Positions 43,269 to 53,070 of a stretch of 64,000 nucleotides of DNA are shown piece by piece. The notes under the pieces are model-generated. The model saw only the letters and a program-made list of their open reading frames with translations, ran no database searches and was not told the DNA's origin. Source of the DNA: Ruminococcus sp. (GTDB lineage Bacteria > Bacillota > Clostridia > Oscillospirales > Ruminococcaceae). The stretch is taken from NCBI RefSeq assembly GCF_017650195.1, contig NZ_JAGCFH010000102.1:40845-104844 (forward strand), in the 5' to 3' direction. Made by a program: the position numbers and the translations under genes. Position 1 is the stretch's first letter. The number at the start of each line of letters is the position of its first letter.

Positions 43269-44294
43269 ATGGGAAAAAGCGATAATACACAGGAAAAATT
43301 CAAATCAAAGATAGGCGGCCAGGCTCTCATTGAGGGTATAATGATGCTGGGACCTACAAAGGGTGCGATGGCGTGTAGGCTTCCCGATGGTACTGTTGAT
43401 CTGGAAACATGGGACGAGAATAATGGAAAGAACGCCCCGTGGTACAGGAAGGTGCCGCTGGTGAGAGGTTGTACGGGCTTCGCCATTTCTCTTGTCAAGG
43501 GATATAAGTATATGATGAAGTCTGCGGAAAAGCAGATGCCCGAAGACGAGGAGGACGAAAAGAAAAAAACTAAGTCTGATATTGGTCCTGAACCTGCAAT
43601 AGCTGGTGGAGCTGCTGTCAGTGTCAACAGTACAGTTTCTTCTGAGGAGAAGACTGAAAAGAAAAAAGAGGGCTCCGGATATGATTTCGTCATGTATCTC
43701 GGCATACTCTTCGGAGTAGTCCTTGCTCTGGGACTTTTCGTCATGCTTCCGAAGTGGATAGTGGGACTTATTCCATCTGTAAAGGAAAATCGATTCCTGC
43801 GCTCTCTGCTTGAAGGCGTGGTGAAGATAGTCCTTTTCGTTGCGTATATGTACCTTACGAGTCTTATGAAAGATATACGCAGACAGTTTATGTATCATGG
43901 CGCAGAGCACAAGACAATCGCCTGCCATGAGGCGGAGCTTCCGCTTACAGTTGAAAATATCCGCAAGCAAAGCCGCTTCCATAAGCGCTGCGGCACGAGC
44001 TTCATATTCATAGTACTTATAGTCAGCATATTCGTGATGTGTTTTGTGCCATTCACGGTAACATGGCAGCGTATAGTGGCTTCACTGGTACTGCTGCCAC
44101 TTGTTGTGGGTATCTCCTACGAGTTCATACGTCTTGCAGGAAATAACGACAACCTTTTCACGCGGATACTTTCTGCTCCTGGACTTGCAATGCAGCGCAT
44201 AACCACACGTGAACCTGATGATAGTATGATAGAGATAGCGATAGCCGCTATGACACCCTGTATCCCTCAGGATAAGGAGGAGGACAGGTGGTAA
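43269..44294 (+). CDS. DUF1385 family membrane protein
   Basis: IGGQALIEG, YHGAEHK, HKRCGTSF, TTREPD; lies directly before prmC. Confidence 0.88.
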   Translation: MGKSDNTQEKFKSKIGGQALIEGIMMLGPTKGAMACRLPDGTVDLETWDENNGKNAPWYRKVPLVRGCTGFAISLVKGYKYMMKSAEKQMPEDEEDEKKKTKSDIGPEPAIAGGAAVSVNSTVSSEEKTEKKKEGSGYDFVMYLGILFGVVLALGLFVMLPKWIVGLIPSVKENRFLRSLLEGVVKIVLFVAYMYLTSLMKDIRRQFMYHGAEHKTIACHEAELPLTVENIRKQSRFHKRCGTSFIFIVLIVSIFVMCFVPFTVTWQRIVASLVLLPLVVGISYEFIRLAGNNDNLFTRILSAPGLAMQRITTREPDDSMIEIAIAAMTPCIPQDKEEDRW

Positions 44295-45139
44295 GAAAGG
44301 GCGAGCTTTATGCCCAGTGCCGTGAGCTCATAGCTCAGCGTGACGAGGATTCCGCAGACTTTGAGATTAAATGTATCTTTCAGGACATTCTGGGTGAGAA
44401 GTTTCCCATGTTCGCTCCGAAGGAGCTCGTTCCCGATGATAAGGCTGCGGAGATACTTTCTGTCTCAAAGCGCCGTTCAGAGGGTTATCCCTTGCAGTAT
44501 CTCCTCGGACAGTGGGAGTTCTGGGGCTGTAATTTTAAGGTGGGCGAGGGCGTGCTCATACCCCGTCCAGATACAGAGACACTTGTGGAGCAGGTACTCG
44601 ATATATGCCGCAAGGAAAAGCTTACAGATCCTAAGATAGCAGATCTTTGCAGCGGTAGCGGATGTATAGCTGTGGCGCTGAAAAAGGAGCTCCCTAAAGC
44701 GGAGGTATACGCTGTGGAACTGTCAGAAAAGGCGCTGTACTATCTGAGACAGAACACAGAGCTGAACGGTTGCGGCGATATAAAAATAATAAGCGGCGAT
44801 GTACTGAAAAGCGAGACAGCCCGTCAGATAACGGGACTTGATGTACTTGTGAGCAATCCCCCTTATCTTACTTTCCAGGATATGAGCGAGCTCATGATAG
44901 AGGTGAGGTATGAGCCCGAGTCTGCTCTTTTCGGCGGCGAGGATGGTCTCGACTTCTATAGAGCCGTTACGGAGCTTTGGAAAGCTTCGATAAAGGACGG
45001 CGGATTTATCGCTTATGAGTTCGGTTTCGGGCAGCATGATGCCGTAAAGGATATACTTGAAAAAAACGGATTTACAAACGTTGAGCTTCGTCGTGACGGT
45101 GCAGATATAATAAGAACAGCAGCTGCTGTAAATAATTAA
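44288..45139 (+). CDS. prmC: Release factor glutamine methyltransferase
   Basis: PLQYLLG, VLIPRPDTE, DLCSGSGCI, SNPPY. Confidence 0.93.
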   Translation: MVRKGELYAQCRELIAQRDEDSADFEIKCIFQDILGEKFPMFAPKELVPDDKAAEILSVSKRRSEGYPLQYLLGQWEFWGCNFKVGEGVLIPRPDTETLVEQVLDICRKEKLTDPKIADLCSGSGCIAVALKKELPKAEVYAVELSEKALYYLRQNTELNGCGDIKIISGDVLKSETARQITGLDVLVSNPPYLTFQDMSELMIEVRYEPESALFGGEDGLDFYRAVTELWKASIKDGGFIAYEFGFGQHDAVKDILEKNGFTNVELRRDGADIIRTAAAVNN

Positions 45140-45228
45140 GCTCTGAGCCGTTAGGAAGCAGCTTTGCCGCTTAATATAGAAATGATAAGGGTCGGTAAGG
45201 TAGAACATGAAAAATGAAAGGATAATCT

Positions 45229-45823
45229 ATGAAGATTGCCGTATTCTCTGATGTTCACGGAAACCTTGAAGCATTGAAAGCGGTTATCGGACAGATTAGT
45301 GAAATGGACGCGGACCTGACGGTGTTTTTGGCGAGGGAATGAAGAATTTGAATGCCTCGAACTGCTGAAGGAAAGCGAGATAGTCTGTTTGAAAGGCAAC
45401 TGCGAGCTCTATGCGGAACACGGAGTTGATGTTGATCCCAATGTGGAATATCTGAGGGATTATTACGACGGGATAAGAAGGAGGCTCACAGAGGAGCAGG
45501 TGAAGTTCATAGGGCAGATGCCACTGTTCTATGAGATTGAATGTCACAGACACAAATTGCATTTTTCACACTCTCTGTTTTTTGATGTTGAAAAGCCTTA
45601 TCCGTTTTTACCACTGTCAAGCTTAAAGGACGGCACGTTCGACATTGTCTGCGAAAGTGGATATGTAAAGCAGTATGATCTTGCTGTGATCGGTCATTGT
45701 CATCGGAATTTAGTGAAAGGAAATGTGGTCTCTGTTTCGGCTTCAGAGTTGGAGGGAGTTTCGTATCTTCTAATTGAAGCAAATGAGAACACTGTCGACT
45801 TTGAGCATATCAGCATTTCTTGA
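45229..45823 (+). pseudogene. Frameshifted calcineurin-like metallophosphoesterase
   Basis: MKIAVFSDVHGNLEAL...VFL stops at 45342. The +1 frame continues RGNEEFECLELL..LKGNCE..FSH..GHCH. The GD motif is missing at the junction. Confidence 0.75.
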
Positions 45824-45899
45824 ACAGACGGCAGATATAAATGGATTTTCAGAAAATATAAAGCTTAATAAATTATAATACAGTACGGAGGAAATACCA

Positions 45900-47081
45900 A
45901 TGGCAAAAAAGGAACTTGCTAAAAAGCCTACAGTTGTCAGAGTTACAGCGGTAGAGGACAAGAAAGCCGCACTTGACGGCGCTCTCAAGCAGATAGAAAA
46001 GAAGTATGGTGCAGGAGCGGTAATGCGCCTCGGACAGACAAAGACACTGAATGTTGACGCTATACCTACTGGCTCCATGACTCTCGATATGGCGCTGGGT
46101 ATAGGCGGCGTTCCGAGAGGACGTATCGTTGAGATATACGGCCCTGAGAGCTCCGGTAAGACCACAGTGGCGCTGTCTATCGTGGCACAGGCTCAGAAGG
46201 CTGGCGGAGAAGCCGCATTCATCGATGTTGAGCATGCTCTCGACCCTGTCTACGCAAAGGCTTTGGGAGTAAATATCGACAATCTCCTCGTTTCACAGCC
46301 TGACAGCGGCGAACAGGCACTCGAAATAGCGGAGGCTCTTATTCGTTCGGGAGCTATCGACGTTATAGTACTTGACTCTATCGCTGCTATGACCACAAGA
46401 GCTGAAATAGACGGCGAAATGGGCGATCTTCACGTTGGACAGCTTGCGAGACTTATGTCCCAGGCTATGAGAAAGCTCACAGCGGCTATATCAAAGTCCA
46501 ACTGTGTTGCTATATTCATCAATCAGATACGCGAAAAGATAGGCGTTATGTATGGAAATCCCGAGACTACTCCCGGCGGACGTGCCCTTAAGTTCTATTC
46601 GTCGGTACGTATAGAGGTAAGAAAGGGCGAGGTGCTGAAATCTGGAACTGATGTTATTGGAGCATGTACGCGCTGCAAGATAGTAAAAAACAAGGTAGCG
46701 CCTCCCTTCAAGGAGTGCGAGTTTGACCTTATGTACGGAAGCGGTATCTCCCGTACAGGAGAGGTACTCGACCTTGCCGTTGATCTTGACATCATCAAGA
46801 AAGGCGGCTCGTGGTTCAGCTACAAGGATCAGAAGCTGGGACAGGGACGCGATAATGTAAAAGAGCTGCTCCAGAACGATGAAAAGCTCATGAAGGAGAT
46901 AGAAGAGCAGATACTTGCAAGAAAGGACGAGCTGGACGCTTCTGTTGTAACAAAGAGCAAGCCCGCAGCGGCTCCGGCTGTTGATAATTCGACGGAGGAG
47001 GGAAGCGCAGGAGCCTCCGAGGAAGACGTTCTTGCAAGTTTTGACGAGAACTTTGAGGAGTTTACGCCGGCTGAGGAATAA
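45900..47081 (+). CDS. recA: Recombinase RecA
   Basis: [36 protein letters not shown]; long acidic C-terminal tail. Confidence 0.98.
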   Translation: MAKKELAKKPTVVRVTAVEDKKAALDGALKQIEKKYGAGAVMRLGQTKTLNVDAIPTGSMTLDMALGIGGVPRGRIVEIYGPESSGKTTVALSIVAQAQKAGGEAAFIDVEHALDPVYAKALGVNIDNLLVSQPDSGEQALEIAEALIRSGAIDVIVLDSIAAMTTRAEIDGEMGDLHVGQLARLMSQAMRKLTAAISKSNCVAIFINQIREKIGVMYGNPETTPGGRALKFYSSVRIEVRKGEVLKSGTDVIGACTRCKIVKNKVAPPFKECEFDLMYGSGISRTGEVLDLAVDLDIIKKGGSWFSYKDQKLGQGRDNVKELLQNDEKLMKEIEEQILARKDELDASVVTKSKPAAAPAVDNSTEEGSAGASEEDVLASFDENFEEFTPAEE

Positions 47082-47722
47082 TGAAGATAATATCCGTCGC
47101 GCATTATAAGGGCGCGACCTATGAGGCGGAACTGGACGACGGTCGAAAGCTCTATCTCCATGCCGATATAATCACTGATTTCGGCATAAGCGTAGGTATG
47201 GAGACAGACAGGGAGACCCTGAAAAAAATTGTATATGCGTCTAATTTCCGCAGAGCCTACCAGAGGGCTCTTTATCTGCTGGATTACAGAGACTATACTT
47301 ATTCGGAAATGTATGGAAAGCTCATTGAGAACTATAAAAGCGAGCCGCTTTGCACTGCGGTGATGAAAAGGCTCACTGAGCACGGCTTTATTGACGATGT
47401 ACGCTATGCTGAGCGTATGGCGCGGAAGCTCGTTGAAGTAAAGCGGTTCGGATTCCGCCGCTGTAAGCGTGAGCTAATGCAGAAGGGTATCAGCGGATTT
47501 ACTGCAGAGGACGCCCTTGCTCCCTACAGCGATGTCTTCGGGGAGAACCTTATGGAGCTGCTAAAAACCAAGCATTCTCGGTACCTGACAGAACGTGAGG
47601 ACATAAAAACAATAGAAAAGGTCAAAAGCGCACTTGTGCGGTACGGATACGATTTTACAGAGATAAACCGCGCCGTAAAGGAGTATTTCGAGAGCGCTGA
47701 GGACCTTGAGGAGGAAAACTGA
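47081..47722 (+). CDS. recX: Regulatory protein RecX
   Basis: ALYLLDYRDY, GFIDDVRYA, ELMQKGI, LVRYGY; directly after recA. Confidence 0.88.
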   Translation: MKIISVAHYKGATYEAELDDGRKLYLHADIITDFGISVGMETDRETLKKIVYASNFRRAYQRALYLLDYRDYTYSEMYGKLIENYKSEPLCTAVMKRLTEHGFIDDVRYAERMARKLVEVKRFGFRRCKRELMQKGISGFTAEDALAPYSDVFGENLMELLKTKHSRYLTEREDIKTIEKVKSALVRYGYDFTEINRAVKEYFESAEDLEEEN

Positions 47723-47723
47723 T

Positions 47724-49052
47724 ATGGCGATCAAGGTGGGCATGGTGTCCCTTGGCTGCTCGAAAAATCTTGTTGACTCTGAGCGTATGCTCTACAAGCT
47801 TAGGAGCCACGGCTACAAGCTTGTAACAGAGCCGGGGCTTGCCGATGTGGCAGTTGTTAATACTTGCGGCTTCATAAAGGCTGCAAAGGAAGAAGCTATC
47901 GAAACTATCCTCGAGTTGGGTAAGCTCAAGGAGGAGGGCAGCCTCAAAAAGATTATCATAACAGGCTGTCTTGTGGAAAGGTACAAGGAGGAGGCTGCGG
48001 CTCAGTTTCCAGAGGCAGACGCTGTAATAGGAATAGGCGATACAAAGGATATAGTCGATATCCTCGACCATGTCCTTGCTGACGAACGAGTTGTGCGCTT
48101 TGCTCCTAAGCTTGACGCGGAGCTTTGCGGAGAGAGGATAATATCCACTCTGCCTTTCTTTACATACCTTAAAGTTGCGGAGGGCTGCTCAAACTGCTGC
48201 ACCTACTGCGCTATTCCTATGATAAGGGGGAAATTCCGCAGCGTTCCCATGGAAAAGCTCATAGAGGAAGCAAGATTCCTTGCTGATAATGGCGTTACGG
48301 AACTTGTTGTTATCGCTCAGGATACGGCTCTGTACGGAAAGGATCTTTACGGCGAGCCGAAACTACCGGAGCTTCTCACAGAGCTGTGTAGGATAGACGG
48401 TCTTCGCTGGATACGTACTCTTTACTGCTATCCGGAGCGCATAACAGATGAGCTTCTTGATGTTATCGCCCGTGAAGAAAAGCTGGTAAAGTACCTTGAG
48501 ATACCAATACAGCATTGCAACGGGGATATACTTTCAAGCATGAACCGCTGGGGCGATGCAGAAAAACTGGAGGCTCTTTTTGAGCATATACGCGAAAAGA
48601 TTCCTGGAGTTGTACTCAGGACTACGCTTATTACTGGATTTCCCGGTGAGACCGAGGAGCAGTTCGAGGAACTGGCTGAATTCGTGAAGAGAGTACGTTT
48701 CGACAGGCTTGGATGCTTTGCTTATTCCCGTGAGGAGGGCACCAAGGCTTACGATATGCCTGATCAGGTAGACGAGGAAACTGCCTCACACCGTGCGGAT
48801 ATCATAATGGAGCAGCAGATGCTAATCAGCTGCGAGAATAATGAAAAGCTCATGGATTCAGAGCTTGAAGCTGTTGTTGAGGGCTTTGACAAGTTCGGCG
48901 AGTGCTGGTTCGGCAGAACTAAACACGACGCTCCCGATATCGACGGAAAGGTGTTCTTTACTTCTGGAAAAACACTTGAGATCGGCGATCATGTCAGAAT
49001 AAGGATCACCGATACACTTGATTACGATCTTATTGGAGAGGTGATAGACTGA
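47724..49052 (+). CDS. rimO: Ribosomal protein S12 methylthiotransferase
   Basis: SLGCSKNLVDSE, NTCGFI, radical SAM motif CSNCCTYC, DAPDIDG (TRAM domain). Confidence 0.93.
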   Translation: MAIKVGMVSLGCSKNLVDSERMLYKLRSHGYKLVTEPGLADVAVVNTCGFIKAAKEEAIETILELGKLKEEGSLKKIIITGCLVERYKEEAAAQFPEADAVIGIGDTKDIVDILDHVLADERVVRFAPKLDAELCGERIISTLPFFTYLKVAEGCSNCCTYCAIPMIRGKFRSVPMEKLIEEARFLADNGVTELVVIAQDTALYGKDLYGEPKLPELLTELCRIDGLRWIRTLYCYPERITDELLDVIAREEKLVKYLEIPIQHCNGDILSSMNRWGDAEKLEALFEHIREKIPGVVLRTTLITGFPGETEEQFEELAEFVKRVRFDRLGCFAYSREEGTKAYDMPDQVDEETASHRADIIMEQQMLISCENNEKLMDSELEAVVEGFDKFGECWFGRTKHDAPDIDGKVFFTSGKTLEIGDHVRIRITDTLDYDLIGEVID

Positions 49053-49636
49053 TGAATCTGCCAAATAAGCTGACTCTTCTGAGAGTCATTCTTATACCGT
49101 TTTTCCTTTTGTTCATGTACATAAATGTGCCGTTTCACTATGCAATCGCCCTCATAATCTTTGCGGCTGCTTCCATAACGGATGCGCTCGATGGTAAGAT
49201 AGCAAGATCGAGAAATCTCGTTACCAATTTCGGTAAGTTCCTCGACCCTCTTGCGGATAAGGTGCTCGTAATAGCTGCGCTGGCAGTATTCGTAGAGCTG
49301 CCCGAGATAAGAGTGGGCGCTGTTCCGTTTATTATCATAACCGCAAGAGAATTTATGGTATCGGGACTGAGGCTCCTTGCAGCAAATAGCGGTATAGTTG
49401 TTGCAGCTGGTATATGGGGAAAGTTGAAAACTGCCTTTACCATGGTGGCTATAATAGCTATTCTTTTATGGCTCAGCCTCTGCTTCGACTTCGGCATAGA
49501 CTTCTCGGAGGCATTCAGGAACGTGGTGGATAATGTACTTATACCCATACTTATCTGGATATCGACAGTTCTGACCGTGATTTCAGGTGCGGTATATCTT
49601 AAAGGCTACTGGAACCTTATCGACTCCGATAAGTAA
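49052..49636 (+). CDS. pgsA: CDP-diacylglycerol--glycerol-3-phosphate 3-phosphatidyltransferase
   Basis: MNLPNKLT, TDALDGKIAR..FGKFLDPLADK. Confidence 0.94.
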   Translation: MNLPNKLTLLRVILIPFFLLFMYINVPFHYAIALIIFAAASITDALDGKIARSRNLVTNFGKFLDPLADKVLVIAALAVFVELPEIRVGAVPFIIITAREFMVSGLRLLAANSGIVVAAGIWGKLKTAFTMVAIIAILLWLSLCFDFGIDFSEAFRNVVDNVLIPILIWISTVLTVISGAVYLKGYWNLIDSDK

Positions 49637-49662
49637 AGCAAAAGTCCCTTTGAAAGGAGAAT

Positions 49663-50052
49663 ATGATGAAACACTGTGCAGGTCAGGTTAAATACCTTGC
49701 AGCAATAAAGGAATTATCAGAAAAGGAGGATACGGTGCGTTGTGTTAGTATAGCGCGTCATCTCGGAGTTTCAAGACCTAGTGTAAGCAAAATGCTCCGG
49801 TGTCTTGCAAACTGCGGACTGGTATATGAGGACTTCTGCAACAGCGTTGTCCTTACTCCCGAGGGAGAGGAGACTGTGAAAAGGCTGTTCTCGTCTTTTG
49901 ACGAAGTATATTCGTTCTTTCACAGGTTTTTGAAGCTTCCACGAGAGGAGGCTCACGAACAGGCTATCAGATTCATAACGGAATTCCCACAAGATACCTG
50001 TGAACGTGTGAAAGCACTCATAAAGCGTACTCTTAAGAAAAAAGAAGCATAA
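49663..50052 (+). CDS. DtxR/MntR-like winged-helix regulator (atypical)
   Basis: IARHLGVSRPSVSKMLRCL..LTPEG scaffold; canonical metal ligands not evident. Confidence 0.75.
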   Translation: MMKHCAGQVKYLAAIKELSEKEDTVRCVSIARHLGVSRPSVSKMLRCLANCGLVYEDFCNSVVLTPEGEETVKRLFSSFDEVYSFFHRFLKLPREEAHEQAIRFITEFPQDTCERVKALIKRTLKKKEA

Positions 50053-50091
50053 ATAAAGCAGCACACATAAGTATACTACTTATATAGAAGT

Positions 50092-50124
50092 CAAGCCCCT
50101 GGTCACATGATGACCAGGGGCTTG
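50092..50124. terminator. Hairpin terminator between the convergent regulator gene and htpG
   Basis: CAAGCCCCTGGTCA-catga-TGACCAGGGGCTTG. Confidence 0.8.
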
Positions 50125-50151
50125 TTCATTTATTTTCGTGAAAGGTATATT

Positions 50152-50175
50152 GTTGTGGCGGCGTTTCACCGCCCG
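50152..50175 (+). repeat. Degenerate 24-nt REP-like unit
   Basis: GTTGTGGCGGCGTTTCACCGCCCG; same length and CGCCCG end as the other copies. Confidence 0.45.
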
Positions 50176-50199
50176 GAACAAACACTTTTATAGTGTTTG

Positions 50200-52101
50200 T
50201 CACATAAGCTCGCATATAAGGTTAGAGAACTCAACGGGATTCTCAATGCTTATGCCCTCGATAAGAAGAGCCTGATCGTAGAGGAGTTGTGCGTACTTGC
50301 CCAACTTTTCCTTGTTGCCACCATCACTGAGAGCTTTCAGCTTACCAAATATCTCGTGGTCGGGATTAATCTCAAGGACCCTCTGCGCGTGAACTTTCTG
50401 GTCGGTAGGCATTGAATTGAGCACCTTCTCCATTTCAAGGGATATTTCTCCTTCACTGGTAAGGCATACGGGGTGGGATTTAAGCCTCTGTGATATAGCA
50501 ACCTTCGTTACCTTGCCGTTCAGAGCTTCCTGCAGCTCCTTGAGAAGGTCTGCACTTTCCTCTTCCTTAGCCTTGATTTCTTCCTTCTTTTCGGGAGAAT
50601 CAAGTCCGAGATCGTCAGCGGATACTGACTTGAATTCCTTCTCCTTGTACTTCATCAGCGACTTTATAGCGAACTCGTCGATATTATCCGTCAGGTAAAG
50701 TATCTCGAAGCCGTTGTCCTTGACCAGCTCTGTCTGAGGAAGTTGCTCGATACGTGCTGTGCTCTCGCCTGTTGCGTAGTAGATGTACTTCTGATCCTCG
50801 CGCATACCAGTAACATACTCATCAAGAGTTACCAGCTTCTGCTCGTTTGATGATGTGAACAGGAGAAGATCCTGGAGCTTTTCCTTGTTCATGCCGAAGT
50901 CACTATATATACCGTATTTCAGCTGCAAGCCGAATGCTTTCCAGAACTCCTCGTATTTCTCACGTTCGTTTTTGAGCATCTTTTTCAGCTCGCTGCTGAC
51001 AGTCTTTTCGATGCTCTTTGCTATAGCTTTCAACTGCCTGTCGTGCTGCAGCATTTCACGGGATATATTCAGCGAAAGATCCTCACTGTCAACAAGTCCC
51101 TTTACGAAGCTGAAATAGTCGGGGAGAAGGTCTGCGCACTTGTCCATGATGAGGACGCCATTTGAGTAGAGCTGCAAGCCCTTTTCGTACTCCTTTGAGT
51201 AGTAGTCAAAGGGAGCCTTTGACGGTATATAAAGCAGTGCGTTGTATGCAGGCATTTCGTTGCTTATGTGGGAATATTTGAGAGGAGCATTATAATCAAA
51301 GAACTTCTCGGTATAGAAGTGCTTGTAGTCCTCCTCCTTTAGCTCGTTCTTGTTCTTTTTCCAGAGTGGGGTCATGCTGTTGAGAGTTTCTACCTCAATG
51401 TAGTCCTCGTACTCTACAGGGAAGTTCTTCTCCTTTTCCTCCTCGGTCTGCTCCTTTGGACGGCTGTGGGATACTTCCATTTTTATAGGGAAGCGGATAT
51501 AGTCGGAGTACTTGGTGATAAGAGACTTTATCCTATACTGGTCGAGAAATTCACCGTAGTTCTCGTCCTCTGTATCGTCAAGCATTTCGAGGATTATCTC
51601 GGTGCCGGCGTTTTTCTTTTCGTCCTCGGTGATTGTATATCCGTCAACGCCCTCGGACTCCCAACGGTAAGCCTTATCGCTTCCATAAGCTTTGGATATA
51701 ACGGTTACCTTCTTTGCAACCATGAATGCCGAGTAGAATCCAACACCAAACTGTCCGATTATCTGATTGTCCTCCTCAAGCTTATTTTCGTTCTTGAACT
51801 TGAATGAGCCGCTGTTTGCGATAGTACCGAGGTTGTTTTCAAGCTCCTCCTCGGTCATACCGATACCGTTATCGGTTATTTTTAGAGTGCGGCTGTCCTT
51901 ATCTGCGGATATCCATATTGCGAAATCGTCTTTATTCAGTCCCACCTTGTCGTCGGTGAGGGATTTGAAATACAGCTTATCAATAGCGTCGCTTGCATTG
52001 GAGATAAGCTCGCGGAGAAATATCTCCTTATGAGTATAGATCGAGTGGATCATCATATCGAGCAGTCTTTTGGATTCTGCTTTAAACTGTTTGGTTTCCA
52101 T
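50200..52101 (-). CDS. htpG: Molecular chaperone HtpG (Hsp90)
   Basis: [39 protein letters not shown]. Confidence 0.97.
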   Translation of the reverse strand: METKQFKAESKRLLDMMIHSIYTHKEIFLRELISNASDAIDKLYFKSLTDDKVGLNKDDFAIWISADKDSRTLKITDNGIGMTEEELENNLGTIANSGSFKFKNENKLEEDNQIIGQFGVGFYSAFMVAKKVTVISKAYGSDKAYRWESEGVDGYTITEDEKKNAGTEIILEMLDDTEDENYGEFLDQYRIKSLITKYSDYIRFPIKMEVSHSRPKEQTEEEKEKNFPVEYEDYIEVETLNSMTPLWKKNKNELKEEDYKHFYTEKFFDYNAPLKYSHISNEMPAYNALLYIPSKAPFDYYSKEYEKGLQLYSNGVLIMDKCADLLPDYFSFVKGLVDSEDLSLNISREMLQHDRQLKAIAKSIEKTVSSELKKMLKNEREKYEEFWKAFGLQLKYGIYSDFGMNKEKLQDLLLFTSSNEQKLVTLDEYVTGMREDQKYIYYATGESTARIEQLPQTELVKDNGFEILYLTDNIDEFAIKSLMKYKEKEFKSVSADDLGLDSPEKKEEIKAKEEESADLLKELQEALNGKVTKVAISQRLKSHPVCLTSEGEISLEMEKVLNSMPTDQKVHAQRVLEINPDHEIFGKLKALSDGGNKEKLGKYAQLLYDQALLIEGISIENPVEFSNLICELM

Positions 52102-52126
52102 AAAAAACATCTCCGTAGTAAATTGA

Positions 52127-52186
52127 TTAGCACTCTATCTCATAGAGTGCTAAAACAAGTATATAACTTTTACATGGTGAAGTCAA
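52127..52186 (-). promoter_or_regulatory. CIRCE (HrcA operator) and sigma-A promoter of htpG
   Basis: Perfect TTAGCACTC-N9-GAGTGCTAA at 52127-52153; TTGACT-17-TATACT at 52186-52158. Confidence 0.92.
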
Positions 52187-52239
52187 GGGAAAGAGAAAAT
52201 GTTTACAATTTGTTCATATTTTAGAAGAAACAAATCGTC

Positions 52240-52269
52240 TTGACAAATCCCTGTACAATGGTATATAAT
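52240..52269 (+). promoter_or_regulatory. Sigma-A promoter of the Cys T-box operon
   Basis: TTGACA-18 nt-TATAAT. Confidence 0.75.
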
Positions 52270-52334
52270 ATTTTTTAGAGTTTAGACTTAGAGCTGTCTA
52301 TGCACTAAGCACTAATAACTAAAAACTTATAAAA

Positions 52335-52574
52335 GGCGTAGCAGTCAGAGTAGCTTTTCTGCGGATTTTCAGAGAGTGTGCGGCAGGTGCGAGCACACAG
52401 TCGGGAGAAGTGAAGTGCGGCTGTCAGCTCCGGCAGGGAAGCTGTATGTGTGTATCTGCCGGCGTTTCGTCCGCGTTAGGGATAAGATGAGTAAAAACGG
52501 AGTGGAAACGTGCTTTTGCGCCTCCGAGTTATGCCCGTGCCGGCGGTATGAGCATTTCTCGGAGCTTTTTGTTT
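52335..52574 (+). ncRNA. T-box riboswitch, Cys specifier
   Basis: CAGAGAG and GGTG boxes, specifier GAAG-TGC (52416-52418, UGC = Cys), T-box AAACGGAGTGGAAACGTG (52495-52512), terminator CTCCGAG..CTCGGAG followed by a T-run. Confidence 0.85.
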
Positions 52575-52587
52575 TAAGGAGGCGGAA

Positions 52588-52965
52588 ATGGAAATAATAA
52601 GATATCCTTCGGACGAGGCGGTAAATGAAGCTGTCAGGAATGAAAGCAGGTTCCTTGCGGCTGTAAGTCTTGACGGAAGCAGGGCTTATGTAGGTGCGGC
52701 AGACGACGCGGGAGATCATATTGCTCTCCTTGAAAGCTTCGGTGAGGAAAGTCCATCGTGCTTTTTTAGGCTGGGCTTTGACAGTATTACGGCTGAATGG
52801 ATATTCTCATGTCCGCGGAACTATAAGGGAATAGCTGAGGAAAAGGAACGCATGGGAGCTTACTACCGCGACGGACTCCGTATTATCCCAGAGTTCCTTG
52901 TAATGTTCGGATTTTTCTCAAAGCTTAAAATAAAGAATCCGCCCCCTGAGATATGGGAAATATAA
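52588..52965 (+). CDS. Hypothetical protein directly downstream of the Cys T-box
   Basis: 125 aa; AAGGAGG RBS immediately after the T-box terminator. Confidence 0.8.
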   Translation: MEIIRYPSDEAVNEAVRNESRFLAAVSLDGSRAYVGAADDAGDHIALLESFGEESPSCFFRLGFDSITAEWIFSCPRNYKGIAEEKERMGAYYRDGLRIIPEFLVMFGFFSKLKIKNPPPEIWEI

Positions 52966-52974
52966 TCGTTTTCT

Positions 52975-53041
52975 GTAAAGTCGGATACTATCCGCACGTT
53001 AAATACGCAAAAAACTGCGGACGCAAAATATGCGCCCCTAC
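52975..53041. repeat. Inverted pair of 24-nt GTAG REP-like palindromes
   Basis: GTAAAGTCGGATACTATCCGCACG (+, 52975-52998) and GTAGGGGCGCATATTTTGCGTCCG (-, 53041-53018). Confidence 0.7.
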
Positions 53042-53070
53042 ATATATAAATGATTCTGGAGGAAAAAGCG

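Noticed and set aside
45824-45899. LexA/SOS box upstream of recA
   Set aside because: No GAAC-N4-GTTY match seen.
46920-47081. Extended acidic RecA C-terminus as an intein or extra domain
   Set aside because: Low-complexity acidic tails are common in RecA and there are no intein motifs.
52369-52719. ORFs of 73 aa (+) and 116 aa (-) over the cysS leader
   Set aside because: The region is explained by the T-box RNA.
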